A stretch of DNA of 64,000 nucleotides, from the NCBI GenBank assembly GCA_002104945.1, contig MCFH01000009.1, forward strand, positions 744,001-808,000, in the 5' to 3' direction. The translations under genes were made by a program, and so were the position numbers. Each line of letters begins with the position of its first letter. Position 1 is the first letter of the stretch. The DNA comes from Piromyces finnis finn (Eukaryota > Fungi > Neocallimastigomycota). The notes under the pieces are model-generated. The model did not search any database, had not been told where the DNA came from, and saw only the letters and a program-made list of their open reading frames with translations. Below, in pieces: positions 1-14,494 of the stretch.

Positions 1-1284
1 GATCTCTTTTTAATTTCTTTTTGATGAATTTTTGTTACTAATTGATCTAGTCTTTTTGATATGTCTTGTGACACCATTGTTAAATATTCTTCATTATCTG
101 CATATAGTGATTCAAAAAAATCCTTATTTTATAAAATATATTAATCTTTTATTTCTTGATTTTTAAAATATATTTAATATTTCTAAGGTATTTACTTTAT
201 AAAATATATTAAAATCAAAGGGTTTTTCAGCATTATATAAAAAGAATGGTTCAACTAAAATTTTTAAAAAGGAAAAATCCTTTAAATTTAAAGGTTTTGA
301 AAGTCAACATTTCGAATTTTGAAATATATTGGGGAGGAAAAAAAATACATATTTAAGAAATATGAAGATATATTTTATTACATTTATAATATTGAAAATT
401 GTTTTATTTTCTTTTGATAAACTATCAGGTATTGGATTGTCTTGATTTGTAAATAATAATACTTTCTTAGAATCTACAGTTTTAATGCTAAAAAATTAAT
501 ATTAATTTTAATATATAAATTGCTAAATAAAAAAATATTATATTATTATTTCAATAAAATACTTTTCTGAAAACATTTGAGATATAGTTAACAACATTTC
601 TGAAAAATTAACTTGATTACTTGAACCTATTGAACTTTCAAATAAGTCGTTATCTATTTATATTGTAAATATAAAAATGAAAATAAAAAAAAAAAAAAAA
701 ATTAAATACTAAAAAATTATAGCAATCATTTTTCTATAATTTCATACTTTTTTCTATTTCCTCTAAATCTAAAATAGTTTGTGAATCTGGTACATCAATA
801 TTTTTATAAATATAAATGTTTTTGTAATCATGTGCGTTTTTATTTTTATCCTTCAAAATATAATAAGATCAATTAATTGCTATTTAATAAATATAACAAG
901 TTTTTCCATAATAGAAATTTAGAATATATAAACTTACAGTTGAAAAGAATAAAATTCCAATAAAATCATTATGATTTTGTATGATATATTTTTCTAAAAA
1001 ATTAATAGTTGCTTTTAAAGAAAATTTAAATGGATAAATATCTTCATCTTTCTGAAACATTGAGGTTGAACAATCTATCGCAAATAATAATGCTTCTCTA
1101 TTAATAAAATCATGAACCTATATATTTAATATATATAATATACATACAATGTTAATAATATATTATATGAAATATAAATAATTTAAAAATATGTTAATGA
1201 TAATTTTATTAGTACATTATCATTATCATTTTCCTCATTTTCTTCAATAAAATCAATATCAAAAAGACTTTCGTGTGTATTCAT
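1..1284 (-). CDS. KU70: Ku70 (NHEJ DNA end-binding protein), N-terminal vWA-domain exons; gene runs off the left edge
   Basis: Manual spliced translation: MNTHESLFDIDF.. / REALLFAIDCSTSMF..FIGILFFST / KNIYIYKNIDVPDSQTILDLE / VNFSEMLLTISQMFS / KKVLLFTNQDNP. This matches Ku70 vWA motifs (cf. human RDSLIFLVDASKAMF, KRIMLFTNEDNP). GT-AG introns. Confidence 0.9.
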
Positions 1285-1721
1285 TATCCTAATTTTAAAT
1301 ATAAGTTTTTTTAAAATAATTATAAAAAGGTATATTCTATATAAATAAAATCCTAACCATTATTTTTTTAATTATAAATTATAAATTAAATTTATTTTCA
1401 ATTTATAAAAACCAAAAAAAAAAAAATATTATTTAATTACATTTTTTCTTTATTTAAAGTTTTAAAGTATATAGAATAATATTTATTTAATAAAGATAAT
1501 AAAATGATAAAATATTAATTTTTTCTAAAGATATTGTGTAATAAATGTTATTTTTTTTATTAATAACTCCCATATTGTATATCGTCTTTTTATTTTTTAA
1601 TAATATAGATAATAAATTATTATATTTTATATTTACTTATATACTAAACAAGCTGAAAAAAAAAACTAAAACAAAAGTATTAATAAACATATACTAAAAA
1701 AAAAAAAGAAAAAAAGAAAAA

Positions 1722-3924
1722 TCATATTTTAATGCTTTTTTTCGATAAAATATAATTTGTGTATGAATTAAAGAATAAGCTATTAATAACTTCTTTATAA
1801 GCATCATCAAATAAACATTTTAATTTTTCTCTGAAATCATGTTGATCTAAATCGTTGTTCTTTATATCTTTTAAATTAATTATGATATTTCGCCTAACTT
1901 TATCACCAATGTTAACTTCAAATTTTCCATCATCTAAAATAAAATCTTCCATAATATCGTTAGCTTTTTTTAATAAGATTTCGTTTTTTGTAATTTTCCT
2001 TCCAATTTCTATATTGTTTTTTTTTGAAGTATCATAATCATTTTGCATCGTATCTGTTCCATTAATTATGTTTATATTAAAATTTTCATCAATCATACTT
2101 GTAGTTGCATCTATAGGACCTTCAAAAGAAATCATACTTGATGTATGATAATGATCTTCGAAATCAAAATTATTACTAATTGGTAACATTGTACTAGTAT
2201 TATTAACGCCATAAAAATTGGATTTAATAATTTTTGAATTTTTTTCTTGAACTCCATCGAACAGTCTTCTAAATTTCCAATACTTCTGATAGAAAAGCTA
2301 ATATTGAAAATCACATATTAATTATATATATATAAATAAATAAATATATATATATATATAAACATACAATATTCTCAGTACAATTTTCTTTTCTACAGAA
2401 TTCACTGAACTCTCTTAATAAAACATTATCTTCTAGCATTTTTAACATTCCATTTTTGGTAGCTTTTGTTTCTGCTTTTTTTTTTTCTATGTGAAGGATA
2501 TCGATAATCTATGTTATAATAGAATAGAGTAATGCATCATTATACATAATGTAGGTTTTAAGTTATTTTGGTTATAAATTATTTCCAAAAAAAAAAAAAA
2601 AAAAAAAAAAAAGTTATAAATATTTACCATTGGTATACAAATAAACATAGATGAGACTGTAAATAATGCTATCACAAAACTTTTTATTATTAATAAGGGA
2701 AAAAAGTTAAATATAGGTATTACTAAAATTATTTATTATATTAATTTACTTACCTATCAGATGGTACATATTTAACAACTATACTGCAATTTATTTGTTT
2801 CAAACCCGACATTGTCATATAACCAACAATACATATCATTGTTATTAAAATAGAGATTATAAGTTTATTTTTCATTTTAAATGTATCATCGAATTTCAAT
2901 ACTTCAGATAACGCTAATGGTAGAAACAAAAATACAAATAAGAAAATCTCCATGATTTGTGGAATATGGATTTTACTATTTATTAAATATATTATTTAAA
3001 TCATATTTAATATACTATTGTTTTCTTATTTAAATATTTAATAGTAACTCTTATTAACCTCATTCTACAAAATCCAATTTGAGATATTCCATCATTAAAA
3101 AAGTATGAAACATATACAATTAACCATTTAATAATTAAATAGTATATAAAAATTGGTGTGATTTTGGTTTGCGGCATATTTTTATAGATATATGAAAACA
3201 AATATTTACGACCTTTTTCCTTTTTCCTTCTTGTACTTTGAAAAATTTCTATATATGCAGTTTGTGAATTATAATAATTTTTAAAATTTGTTAAAATGAT
3301 CAAGCAATATGATAATAAAGATAAGGAATAACCTATTTATATTTATGTAATATTAAATAGTAATAATTAGACTTACATATTGTAAGTATATAATTAAAAC
3401 TCTCATATTATTATTATTATTATTTATTTATTTTTATAAAATAAAAAAAGTATACTAATTTTTACCCATAGAAAGAAATATATTATGTATAATACAAGGA
3501 TATTTTTTATAATATACCTTTATATTAAAAGATAAAATAAATAAATATATAACATTGTTTAATTAAATAAAATATAAATAATATAATGTAAAATAATAAT
3601 AAAAAAAAGTTTTATATATACTTGAACCATAAATGAATTGAACGAACATATAATACTTCCAACTATATATGAAATAAAAAAGGCTCTTCCTTGTCTTTTA
3701 AATATATAATGATGTCTATGTTTAACTAAAATTATACTTAAAATTATAAAATAAAGAATTGATCCAATTCCAAAAATGTAAAATAAAATACTTTTCTGTA
3801 TAATATTATCAAAATCTTTAGAGTCCTTTACATAAGGGTAGCACTTTTTATAATATCTGTAATGATTTTCATCATCAATATCCCAATCTTCTGGGAATTT
3901 ATCAAAATTAAAATCATCATCCAT
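1722..3924 (-). CDS. 7TM-RGS protein, paralog 1 (seven hydrophobic segments + C-terminal RGS domain)
   Basis: Spliced reading gives a short W/C-containing ectodomain and 7 hydrophobic segments. These are followed by MLEDNVLLREFSEFCRKENCTENI|LFYQKYWKF...IMEDFILDDGKFEVNIGDKVRRNI...LFDDAYKEVINSLFFNSYTNY, the canonical RGS motifs. Confidence 0.85.
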
Positions 3925-4645
3925 TTAATTATTATTAATTGATTGAAAGCAATTATTATAATTATTGTATCATCAATACACTTTTTATTTAATTCTGTAC
4001 TGTAAATTATATTTATGTTATATAACAATAAAAACAACTAAAAAGATTCTATTTAATATATAATTAATAATATCAAAAATCGGAAGTTTTAAACTTATGA
4101 TTAAAATTTTGATATATATTTATTAAAATGCTTTTATTATTAAAAATATTGATGTTAAAATCATTGGTATTAATTCAATAAATATGTTTATAAATAATAA
4201 TATAATAATAATTAAAAAAAAAAAAAAAAAAAGATAGTGAATTATATATTTTTTAATGTTTAATGGTGTAAAAAAAGTTTTAAGTTTTATAATGTTAAGT
4301 AAAAAAATTTATTAAAAAAATTTTTTTTCAATGAAATTCTTTGATTTTTTTTTAAAATAAAATATTTTTTAATAATTAATCTTCATTTTATTAATCGGTC
4401 ATTTATTTTAATTTAGGAAAAGTTTTCATATACAAAAATTTTTATTTATTAAAGTTAAAAAAATAAAAAAAAAAAAAAAAATACAAGATAATCATTATGA
4501 TTTAAATTCTTTTTTCTTTTTTCTTTTTTCTTTTCTTTTTTTTTTTTTTTTTTTTTTTTTTGGTATCAAAAATTTTATAGTATAATATTTAAATATTATT
4601 CGTAAGGCATTATATGTATATAAATATAAAATGACATTTTAATTA

Positions 4646-6933
4646 TTAATTTTTATCTTTTAGTCCTCGTTTAATATATTTTAAATATGTATTTAGGTAT
4701 AAATTTGTGAGAACTTCATCAAATGCTTCATCAAAAATATGAACAATTTTTGAATTTTCAAAGTCTTCAATATATAAGATATTATCGGATTCCATTTTTT
4801 TATATTTCTTATAAGTTGCTATCATTTTTTTTGATATTTTATTATCAACGTTAATTTCATACTCTGAATTTGGAAGGATAAATTTTTCAATAATATTTTG
4901 TGTCATATTAAGTATTAACGAAAGATTATTTTTATTATTATATTTTAAACTATTAATAGTAGATGAATTGTGATTTGAAAATTTTATTTGATTGCTATTT
5001 GTCGAGTTTGAATTAAATATTTTTGAATCACTATTATTTGAACTAATGTCATTAAAACAAATGGTTACCGAGTTATCACTAAATATAGTAGTTATATCTT
5101 GATCATCAGCTATTAATGTGTTTGCTGATATATTATTATCCTGATTTCTTTTATTTGAATATTTATTTATAGCGTCCTTAAATGATTGATACTCTTTATA
5201 GAATAACTGATTAAATATTTTAAATAAAGACAATATTTAAAATTATTTTAATTTTTAATAGTTACTAAATAATTAATACTTATTTATTTATTTACATATC
5301 TTAAATTTAATATTTAAAACTTACTGCATTTTCAACACAACATTCACTTTTACAGAATTCTGCATACTCCCTAAATAAAGTTTTATCTTTTAATAATTCT
5401 TCTAATCCTTTAATTGATTTGTCAATTTTTCTAATTGAAAATTTTACATAAAATAATTCAAATAACTTTAATTATTTTTAATATATAAAAATGATAAGTT
5501 AACATCTTTAAAATTATTTATGTTCTAATATATTATTATAATATATATGAATTAAACTTTACTTAAAATTTAAATACTTACAGGTTTTATAACATGTAAA
5601 ACATGAAAAACTGTACAACATAGAATAATAAAACTATATATTTATGTAAATGTAATTTATATTTAATTAGTTTATATTTTTTTTAATATCATTTATGTTA
5701 TAACACGATAATACTAATACTATATAATATATAATGATATATAATGATATAATAATAATAAAAAAATAAACATATTATTTACAAATCTGTTGGCCATATA
5801 CGAATAATCTCTGGTGTACAATTATATCTTGGTATTAGTGAAGAAGTAAGATATCCTATAGTACATAGAGACATTGATATTACTGTTATATATATAAGTC
5901 TTTTAATATTAAAAGTATCTTCAATTTTTCTTAATGTATTTAAAACATATGGGACATAAAATAATAAAAAGGACATAGCAATAGTAAATTGGGGGAAATA
6001 CTCTATGCTAAAAAAACAAAATAATCGAGGATAAAATTAATTTCTTTTTAAATTATATTTTAATTTCATTATATTGTAATACCTTAATGTACAAAATCCT
6101 TCATCAACGTTTCCTATAATTCTATAGTTTTCACTTAATGGAGAAATAGAAAAAGAGTAGATAGTAATCAAGATAATATATAATATAGTAAATCGTATTG
6201 GATGTTTTATAATTAAATATTTTCTAATATAAGAAAAAGTCTTTTTTTGCATTTTTTCTTTTTTAATACTGGCATCGCTTTCGATAGCTTCTATATAGGC
6301 ATTGGCTGAAGTATAATATTGATTAATATATTTTTTAAAACATGATATACATGATAGAAGAATCATAGGGTAACCTATTTTTTTTTAAAAAAAAAAAAAA
6401 AGAAAAAGGAAATAAATAAATTTAAAAATAATTAACAATATTATATATGTTATTATGAATACTAATTCTCATAAAAATATTTACTTATTCCAGTACAGTA
6501 CAGTACTAAAAAACATGGATATTTGGTATAAAAAATCTTACATATTAATATAATAAATTTTATTTAAATTTAAAATTATTATTATGTTTATATAATAATG
6601 TTAATTAAAAAAAAATAAAAAAAGAATAACTCTTACTTGAATTCCATATGAGTTTGAAATGCAAATTATACAACCAATACAAAATAATATTAATAATTTT
6701 GGTCCACTTCTTTTAATTATATAACTATCTTTATAAATAACTATTAATATTGCTGATATAATAATACAAATAATCATTACATAGCAATATATATAATAAA
6801 AAAGTCTAATATGAAATAGTGAAAGAAGTTCTTCTTGTGAATCAACATATTGGCTACATTTATTGAAGTATTTAATTGTCCTCTTATTATTTTTATCCCA
6901 ATGTTCTGGGAATGGGAATTTATCATTTATCAT
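4646..6933 (-). CDS. 7TM-RGS protein, paralog 2
   Basis: Same exon layout as paralog 1. RGS motifs LFREYAEFCKSECCVEN, IIEKFILPNSEYEINV and IFDEAFDEVLTNLYLNTYLKY. Confidence 0.85.
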
Positions 6934-7426
6934 TTTTTAATTCAATTATTATTTTATTTAATTTCATTACTGTTAGATATTAGTTAATTTTTTCATTATT
7001 TACTTTTATTAAATTTATTTAAAGTCAATATTTTCCTTTTACTAATATTATTACATTACTTTATACATATATATTACTTATTTAAAAAAAAAAATAAATT
7101 AAATAAAATATCATTTATAGTTTTAAATTATTTAACTAATGTGATTAACAAAAAAATATTTTTTGTTAATAGATACAATTATTTTCAACTTTAAAATTTA
7201 AATAAAGTAATAGCTATATTATATACAAAAATATTATTTTTAATTAATTAATTAATTAATTTATTTATTAAATTTGTTCAATTATATCAAAAGATGTATA
7301 CAATTATTTATAGTTTATGTAATAAAAAATATTTTAAATTTTAATCATTAAGTATTAAAGACTATTTCTCTATTTATTATTATTTTGAAAAGAAAAATAA
7401 TAAAATTTTATTAATCATATAAAATA

Positions 7427-9581
7427 TCAAACCATTTGCTTTTTCTCATCTTTTTTAAATTTTATAAACATCATGTATGAATTATAGAATAAATTATCAA
7501 GTACTTCTTTATATGTGTCATTAAAAATATTCTCAACAATATTTACACATTTCTCATTTGAATTGAATGGTTGCATACTTATATTTGGTAAAAGATATGT
7601 TTTCTTTAATTCAGCAATTTCATTTGTTAATTTTTTCATCGTTTTACTCGTAATATTTACTGCATATAAAGATTCAGTTGAAATAAATATTTCATATATT
7701 TTTGTAATTATTTGAAGAACCTCGCTAAATGTTGATTCTGCGTTATTTTTTTTAGTTTTTCCAAAATTATCATTTAAAATTTCATTTTCATTATCCTTTA
7801 ATAAAATACCACTTTGAATACTTGTAGTTTCATTAATAGATATAAGAAAACTTTTTTCTGAAAATTTTTCAAGATAATCGAATGCAATAGATTTTATGTT
7901 GTAATTATCAATAGAAAATCTATTTAAAAATACGTTAGAATTTTCATTATTTGGCATTTTGGCTTGACTAATATACTTTTTAAATTTTTCATATTCTTTG
8001 CAAAACAACTATAATCGATTAATTATATAATAATTATTAATTATATAATTGTTTGTATTTATAATATAGCAATAAGTATCTTACCACATTTTCTATGCAA
8101 CAATTATCTAAACAATATAAAATAAATTCATTAAGTAAATTTTTATCCTTTAATAAAGATTTAAGCCCTTCAATTGAAGTGTCACATTTTTTAAGTTTTT
8201 TTTCCATTTTTAGAGAAAATAATATCTTATATATATTATATATAAATAATTATTTATAAATATATTTATATATATCTTAAAAATCATAAAAAATTCTAAA
8301 TAGTTACTGGTTTTGCTATTTGTAGATAATGCATTGTCAAAAGAATAAGAAGTACAAAACTATTAAATGGATTTTAATATTTAATACATATTATATATAT
8401 TATATTATTAAAACATATTCAATTTTTTAAAAATTGCTCGTATCTATATAGTAATAAGCCTTACCAATCTGATGGAAAATATGATATAAGAACACTACAA
8501 CCCACGTTTGGAATAAATGTATATATAAAATATATAACTATAAACATTGTAGACAATATTAATGAAATTAATTGGGACTTCTTCATACTATTTGTTGCTT
8601 TGATACTTCTTAGTTCTAATAATGTAATTGGTGTATATATTAAAAAGTATGAAATAAGACTGACTGTTTGTGGAAGATAATATATACTATTTTATATTAA
8701 TAATTATTAATTATAAGAAATGTTAATCATTAATAAATGTATATATTTATAAATAAACCGAAAATATATGTAAGATTAAGATTATACTTATATGGACAAA
8801 AGCCAACACTTGGAGGATAGATTTTGTAGTTACTATTAATGAATGATACTATAACAGTATAACAACAAATTAATATCGTATATATAAAAATAGTAAAAAA
8901 CATTTTTACTTTGGTAATTTTAGAAAATAATTTTTGAAATAAAGTCTTATTTCTAGATTTTGTTAGATTTTTAAGCATAAGTTCACTTGAAGCATGATAC
9001 TTATTTATCCATTGTGTACTAAAGCATACACAAGAGAATAATACATATGGGTAACCTTAAAACAATAAATATATTTTTATTTTGTCGTTATTATTTTTAT
9101 CATAAAAACAAAATTAATAGTAAATTAATTATATATTTACCTAATCCCGTTAATAAGAGTGAAACAAAACATGCTGAAGTTTTATAATAAACCTTTAATA
9201 AATAAAATTATTAAAATATCCTATTTATTATTATCTTCGTAAAATAATTAAATAATTATGATAAAAAGAAACATTATTCAAAACTCTTACATCAATTTGA
9301 AAGGCATTAATTATTATAAATATATAACCTATAATGAATAAGAGAGATAACTTAAAATAATTACTGTTCATAATATGTTTTTTTTTAATAAAAAATAGCA
9401 CGATTGTTGTTATTATAATATATAATAATGATGAATAAATAAAAATATAATATAGCGGATGTACTATAAATAGATCATTAAATTTATCTAATGTATCCGC
9501 CGTTTCTGAGCATTTCTTATAATAATTAACTGCTCTAGGATTATTTGGATCTAATCCAGTATCTTCAAAACTATAACTAGA

Positions 9582-9584
<3 letters not shown>
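7427..9584 (-). CDS. 7TM-RGS protein, paralog 3
   Basis: ATG at 9584 (MSSYSFEDTGLDPNNPRAVNYYKKC). Same intron positions; CIENV, KIYEIFISTESLYAVNI and IFNDTYKEVLDNLFYNSYMMF. Confidence 0.85.
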
Positions 9585-9613
<29 letters not shown>

Positions 9614-9799
9614 CTTGATTATTTAATTTAAAAAAAATATTCAAATATTCAAATAAAAAAACTCTTAACAGTTAATAATATATATATATAATAAAATAAG
9701 TGTATATTATTTTAAACGCAAACTTTTTTTTTTTTTTTGAAAATTTATTTTCGGTTAATTTTTATCAAATATGGAAAATTTTCTTTATTATTCCTAAAT

Positions 9800-9808
<9 letters not shown>

Positions 9809-9836
<28 letters not shown>

Positions 9837-10356
9837 GACTTCCATATATCCTCATCTAACCCCCTGAGTTATATATGGTATGTGATTGTACATTATTGTA
9901 CATTGCCATATCAGAACGACGTCGGCACAATCATCCCTCTGGGCAGGGCTAATATGGAATGGCTTATTGCTCTTAACGATCCTATCACACAAAGACCGAG
10001 CTACCAACACCAGTGATCTCCTGAACCTTTATTGGCGAAGGATGATTAACGATGAGAACAACCCTCAAAGACCATAGTTAGTAATCTGTGAATTAATTGA
10101 TACCCCTTCCTACATATACTCTAAACTTCAGTGGGAAAACCGCTTGATACGGAGAAAACTACCAATCTGTATTAACTGCTTAGGGTAGAGTCCGGTGGTA
10201 TAGTTATACTTACCTGAATTGACCTTTAACCCCTATACTTTAAGCGCAAACCTGAAACAGGAAAATCACTAAAGAACTGTCAATGGCGGGGGTCGAACCA
10301 GAAGCCTTATGAATGCTAAGCGGGGGTCTTAACAACCAGGATAGAAACTGGAACGA
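9809..10356 (-). mobile_element. tRNA-derived (tRNA-Ala AGC-like head) SINE, about 550 bp, with (TAAA)n tail and 15-bp target-site duplication
   Basis: GC-richer island. Minus strand carries an anticodon-loop-like CCCGCTTAGCAT and B-box GGTTCGACCCC (10289-10299), and ends in a (TAAA)n tail at about 9809-9835. Flanking direct repeat CTAAATTTATTTATT at 9794-9808 and 10357-10371. Confidence 0.75.
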
Positions 10357-11348
10357 CTAAATTTATTTATTAAACACAAATTTAGACTTATAAAAGTTGT
10401 CTTCATTATTTCTGTTAGAAAATCTAAAAATTTTATCATAAACTTTATTAACTAGTGAAATGTATTTAATATGTTTAAATTTTAGTATAAATACAAATTT
10501 GTAATTGTTAATTAAATCTTTGTAATAAAATAGTAATAAATTACCATAACAATTTCAACTTAATATAATTTATGATATAGTACTACTATTATTACATTCT
10601 ATTCAAACTGCATGTATTTATATATTTACATTATGGCTTAAATATCTAATAAAAACATTACATATAAATGTATTTGTTTTATGTATATTCTAACAAAAAT
10701 ATTAATTATTTTTTGAACGTATAGCCCAAGCCCATAAAATTAAACTTTATGTTTCTATTATCTAGCAGGTCACTTCTTCTAACAATAAAACATAACTTTA
10801 TTCTATTAGGCAACTTTATAATTAATAACACTACTTTTTTTATAACATATTTTATAATAATTTTTTTTATTAAGAGTGAAAATTTTAATAATTTTTTTTT
10901 TTTAAAATTAATATTTATAAAATAATAAAATATTTAAATTTCATATAATAGTAAAAAGAGAAAATAATCAATATTAAAATATCTTTAATTTTTATTTTCT
11001 ATATTTAATTCTATTAAATTATTTTTTTTTAAAAAAAAAACATTAATATAGTAGTATAACACTTTCTAATATATAATATAAAATAAAACTATACTATATT
11101 AATACAGTATTATATTATTATAATATTGTTATTTGTTTTAGAATTTTAATTATTTTAATAAATGTACCAAAAATATTCATTCTAATATTCAAAAATATTA
11201 ATAAAACTATATTATCATTAGGTTTTTTTAAAAAAAAAAGATAGTATATTAAAATAAACTATAATATATAATAAATCTATCTAATATAATTGAAACTAAG
11301 AATTAGTTAAATTTAAAAATTATATTTATAATTTAATATATATTTTGA

Positions 11349-13636
11349 TTAACTACTGTTTGCTGTTGTTTTCTTATCTGGCTTACTTTGTTTTTTAACA
11401 ACATATTGCATGTAAACGTTTAGATAAAGTGAATCTAATACTTCATCATAAGCTTCATCAAAAATAATGTCAAAATTCATTTCAGATAATGATGCAAAAC
11501 TAATTGTTTCATGATCTTTTACCATAGTATTAAGATCATTAATAGTATTCGTTATCTTTTTTACTACTTTTGATGTTAAATTAAGTTCGTAATCTGAAAA
11601 TGATTTTATAAATTTTTCATATATGTAATTAATTCTATTAATAATATCATCTACTGAAGGTCCATGTTTTAAATTCACACTTGACCATTTTAAGTGGCTT
11701 GATAACATCTTTTTTTTATCAACGATACTTGTTATACTAGGTATTCTTTCCTCGGATCTAGAACGTTGTTTATTAATAAAATTTTCACTAAATCTTCTTT
11801 TATTGTTAGTTTTGCTATCATCAATATTTATTCTACATTCGTCTATGCTGTCTTTTTTTTTTTCAACTACATCTTGTATTGATGATGTGCAAGTAAATTT
11901 AGAATATTCTGTTTCAGATGGTGATTTTGGAACTTCATCTATATCATTTAATATAATTGATGATTTGTGAGATTTATTGTTTATTAATGCCTTGAACTTT
12001 TTATATTCAACACAAAATAGCTATAATATAATAATGATAATCGATTGATTGTATAATATATATAATATAATAATAATAAATATGTAATTATATAAATAAA
12101 ATAATTATGTTTTTTGTTTTCGTTTATTATTTTTTTATTTAAGCCTTACAATATTTTCTACACATCTTCCCTTTTTACATTCTTCCGCAAACTCAGTAAA
12201 TAATATTCTATCTTGAAGAGTTTTAATTAATCCTTGTTTTGAAACAACAAGTTTTTTAGCTTGACGCTTTAAATGAATTATACTAATAAGCTTTCAATAA
12301 TAAAAGTATCATATATATTTATTAATATTATATACCTATTAAATACCTAATACCATATTAAATCATTTAATTAATATATATATATTATATAAATAAATAC
12401 CGGTTTTGTGATCTGAGTATAATGATATGAAATACATAGCAATAAAACGAACGCATCAGATGGCCAATATTTAACAAATTTTGAACAATTATAGCTTGGT
12501 ATTAATGATATAAGGAAGTAACCAAATAAGCTGATGAACATAAAAATAGTAGTGAACATTAATGAATTCTTCATGTTAATTGAGTCATTTAATTTATATA
12601 ATTCAATAACTGAAAATGGAAGGAATATAAGAAAGAAGAAAAATATCAAAAATAATTGTGGTATATATTCAATCCTATACATATATAAAACATACATATA
12701 TATATATTAATGAATTAATATAGATGATGGTTTGAAATAATCAATACTTACGATAATGTACAAAATCCTTTCTCTAACGGATAAATTAAATAATTCTCCC
12801 TAGTATATCCAATTACTACTGAATATATTATTACAAACGTTAAATAAATTATTAATAACTTCGAAACAAATCTATCCGAAAAATAGACATTAAATCTATT
12901 TAATAATTTAAATGTTGTAACTTTCTCTGTCTCCATTTGATCAGAGAAATTTGATATTGACGATGCTATTTTATCGTTATCATTAATTTTATTAAAAGCA
13001 TAATTTGAATAATGACATTGCTTCAAATAATTTAATATATATGCAATACATGGTATAATCAATAATGGATAACCTATTATTTAAAAAATATTATATAAAA
13101 TATTACTTTTATAAATATATTTTTTATAATTATAATATATATATTATTTCATATTATTTCATATTTATTTTTATATATTATTTCCTACTTATTCCAGTAC
13201 ATAAGATCATAAAAAAGCATGGATAGTTAACATAATATACCTTATATAATAATAATAATGCATTATTTTTGTTAATATAATAATTGTAAATATTTTATTG
13301 TATTAGTATATAATAATCCCAATATCATTTTACTTGGATAATAAAAGAATTCACAACATTAATTAATCCTCCAAGAGAAAAGGTAAGTGTTAATAAAATA
13401 CTATTATTAAGGAATTTATACTTTTTATGATAAATAATAATGAGTATAAAAGTTACTAAAAAATATATAAATATTAAAATACAAAGAATGTAATATATTT
13501 TGGATAATTCAAATAATGATAGCATGTCATCTAAAGTGTCTGTATATTCATAACATTTTTCGAAAAATAACTTCGCTCTCTCATTACTTTCATCCCATAT
13601 ATCTCCAGGAAAACTATAATTTTTTTCTTTTTCCAT
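11349..13636 (-). CDS. 7TM-RGS protein, paralog 4
   Basis: ATG at 13636 (MEKEKNYSFPGDIWDE). Same exon layout; ILFTEFAEECKRGRCVENI, IYEKFIKSFSDYELNL and IFDEAYDEVLDSLYLNVYMQY. Confidence 0.85.
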
Positions 13637-13683
13637 ATTTATCAAAAGGATTATTGTTTTTTTATTGAAATATTATTGTTATT

Positions 13684-13715
<32 letters not shown>

Positions 13716-13834
13716 TAATTATTTAATTTAGTTCGAACTTTTTTTAAATATATATATAATATATAATATGATTATCTATAATATAGACTTTGATTTTTCA
13801 AAGATAAATCGAAGTTATTTTAAAAAAACAAAAC

Positions 13835-13866
<32 letters not shown>

Positions 13867-14494
13867 TCATTGCTGATGATATATTATTATATAAAAGTAA
13901 TATGTTTTAAGGTTTCATATTATCATATTATTATATTTTACTTTGGAATAATAAATTTATAATTACTATTATTATTACTTTTATCAATTTATCAAAATTT
14001 ACCAGTTTAAAATTAATATTTATTTAAAATAAAAAAATTGAATATATAATATAGGAAAAGATATTAAAGAATAATCTTATTACATAATTATATATAATTA
14101 AGCTTTTTTTTTCATTATATGTATATGTAAATGATACATTTTCTTTTTAAATTTTGGGTTAAAAATAGACATTCTTTTAAACTAAAATATATGATTAAAA
14201 TAAAGTTTATTTTCAAATATACCAAAATATTTCGAAATATAAAATAATTTTTATATTTTATTTTATTTTATTTTTTTTTTTATTTTTATTTTTTTTTTTT
14301 TGATTAAATAGAAATATAATAAAATAAAGTTAAATATATATTAATGAAAATTAAATGTTTTGTATAAATATATTAAATAATAATTTGATTCTATGTTTTA
14401 TTCTATATTATAAATTATAAATTAATATATATAAAAAATTAAAATATTTTTTATTTTTTTGAAATTTATAATTGGAATTATTTTCAAAACTTAT

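Noticed and set aside
9886-10077. 63-aa plus-strand ORF in the GC-richer island
   Set aside because: Lies antisense within the SINE body; no RT or other motif recognised.
10700-10830. Minus-strand stretch reading ..NFMGLGYTF, vaguely like 7TM-RGS TM3 (a fifth, decayed paralog?)
   Set aside because: Similarity too short to separate from chance in AT-rich DNA.
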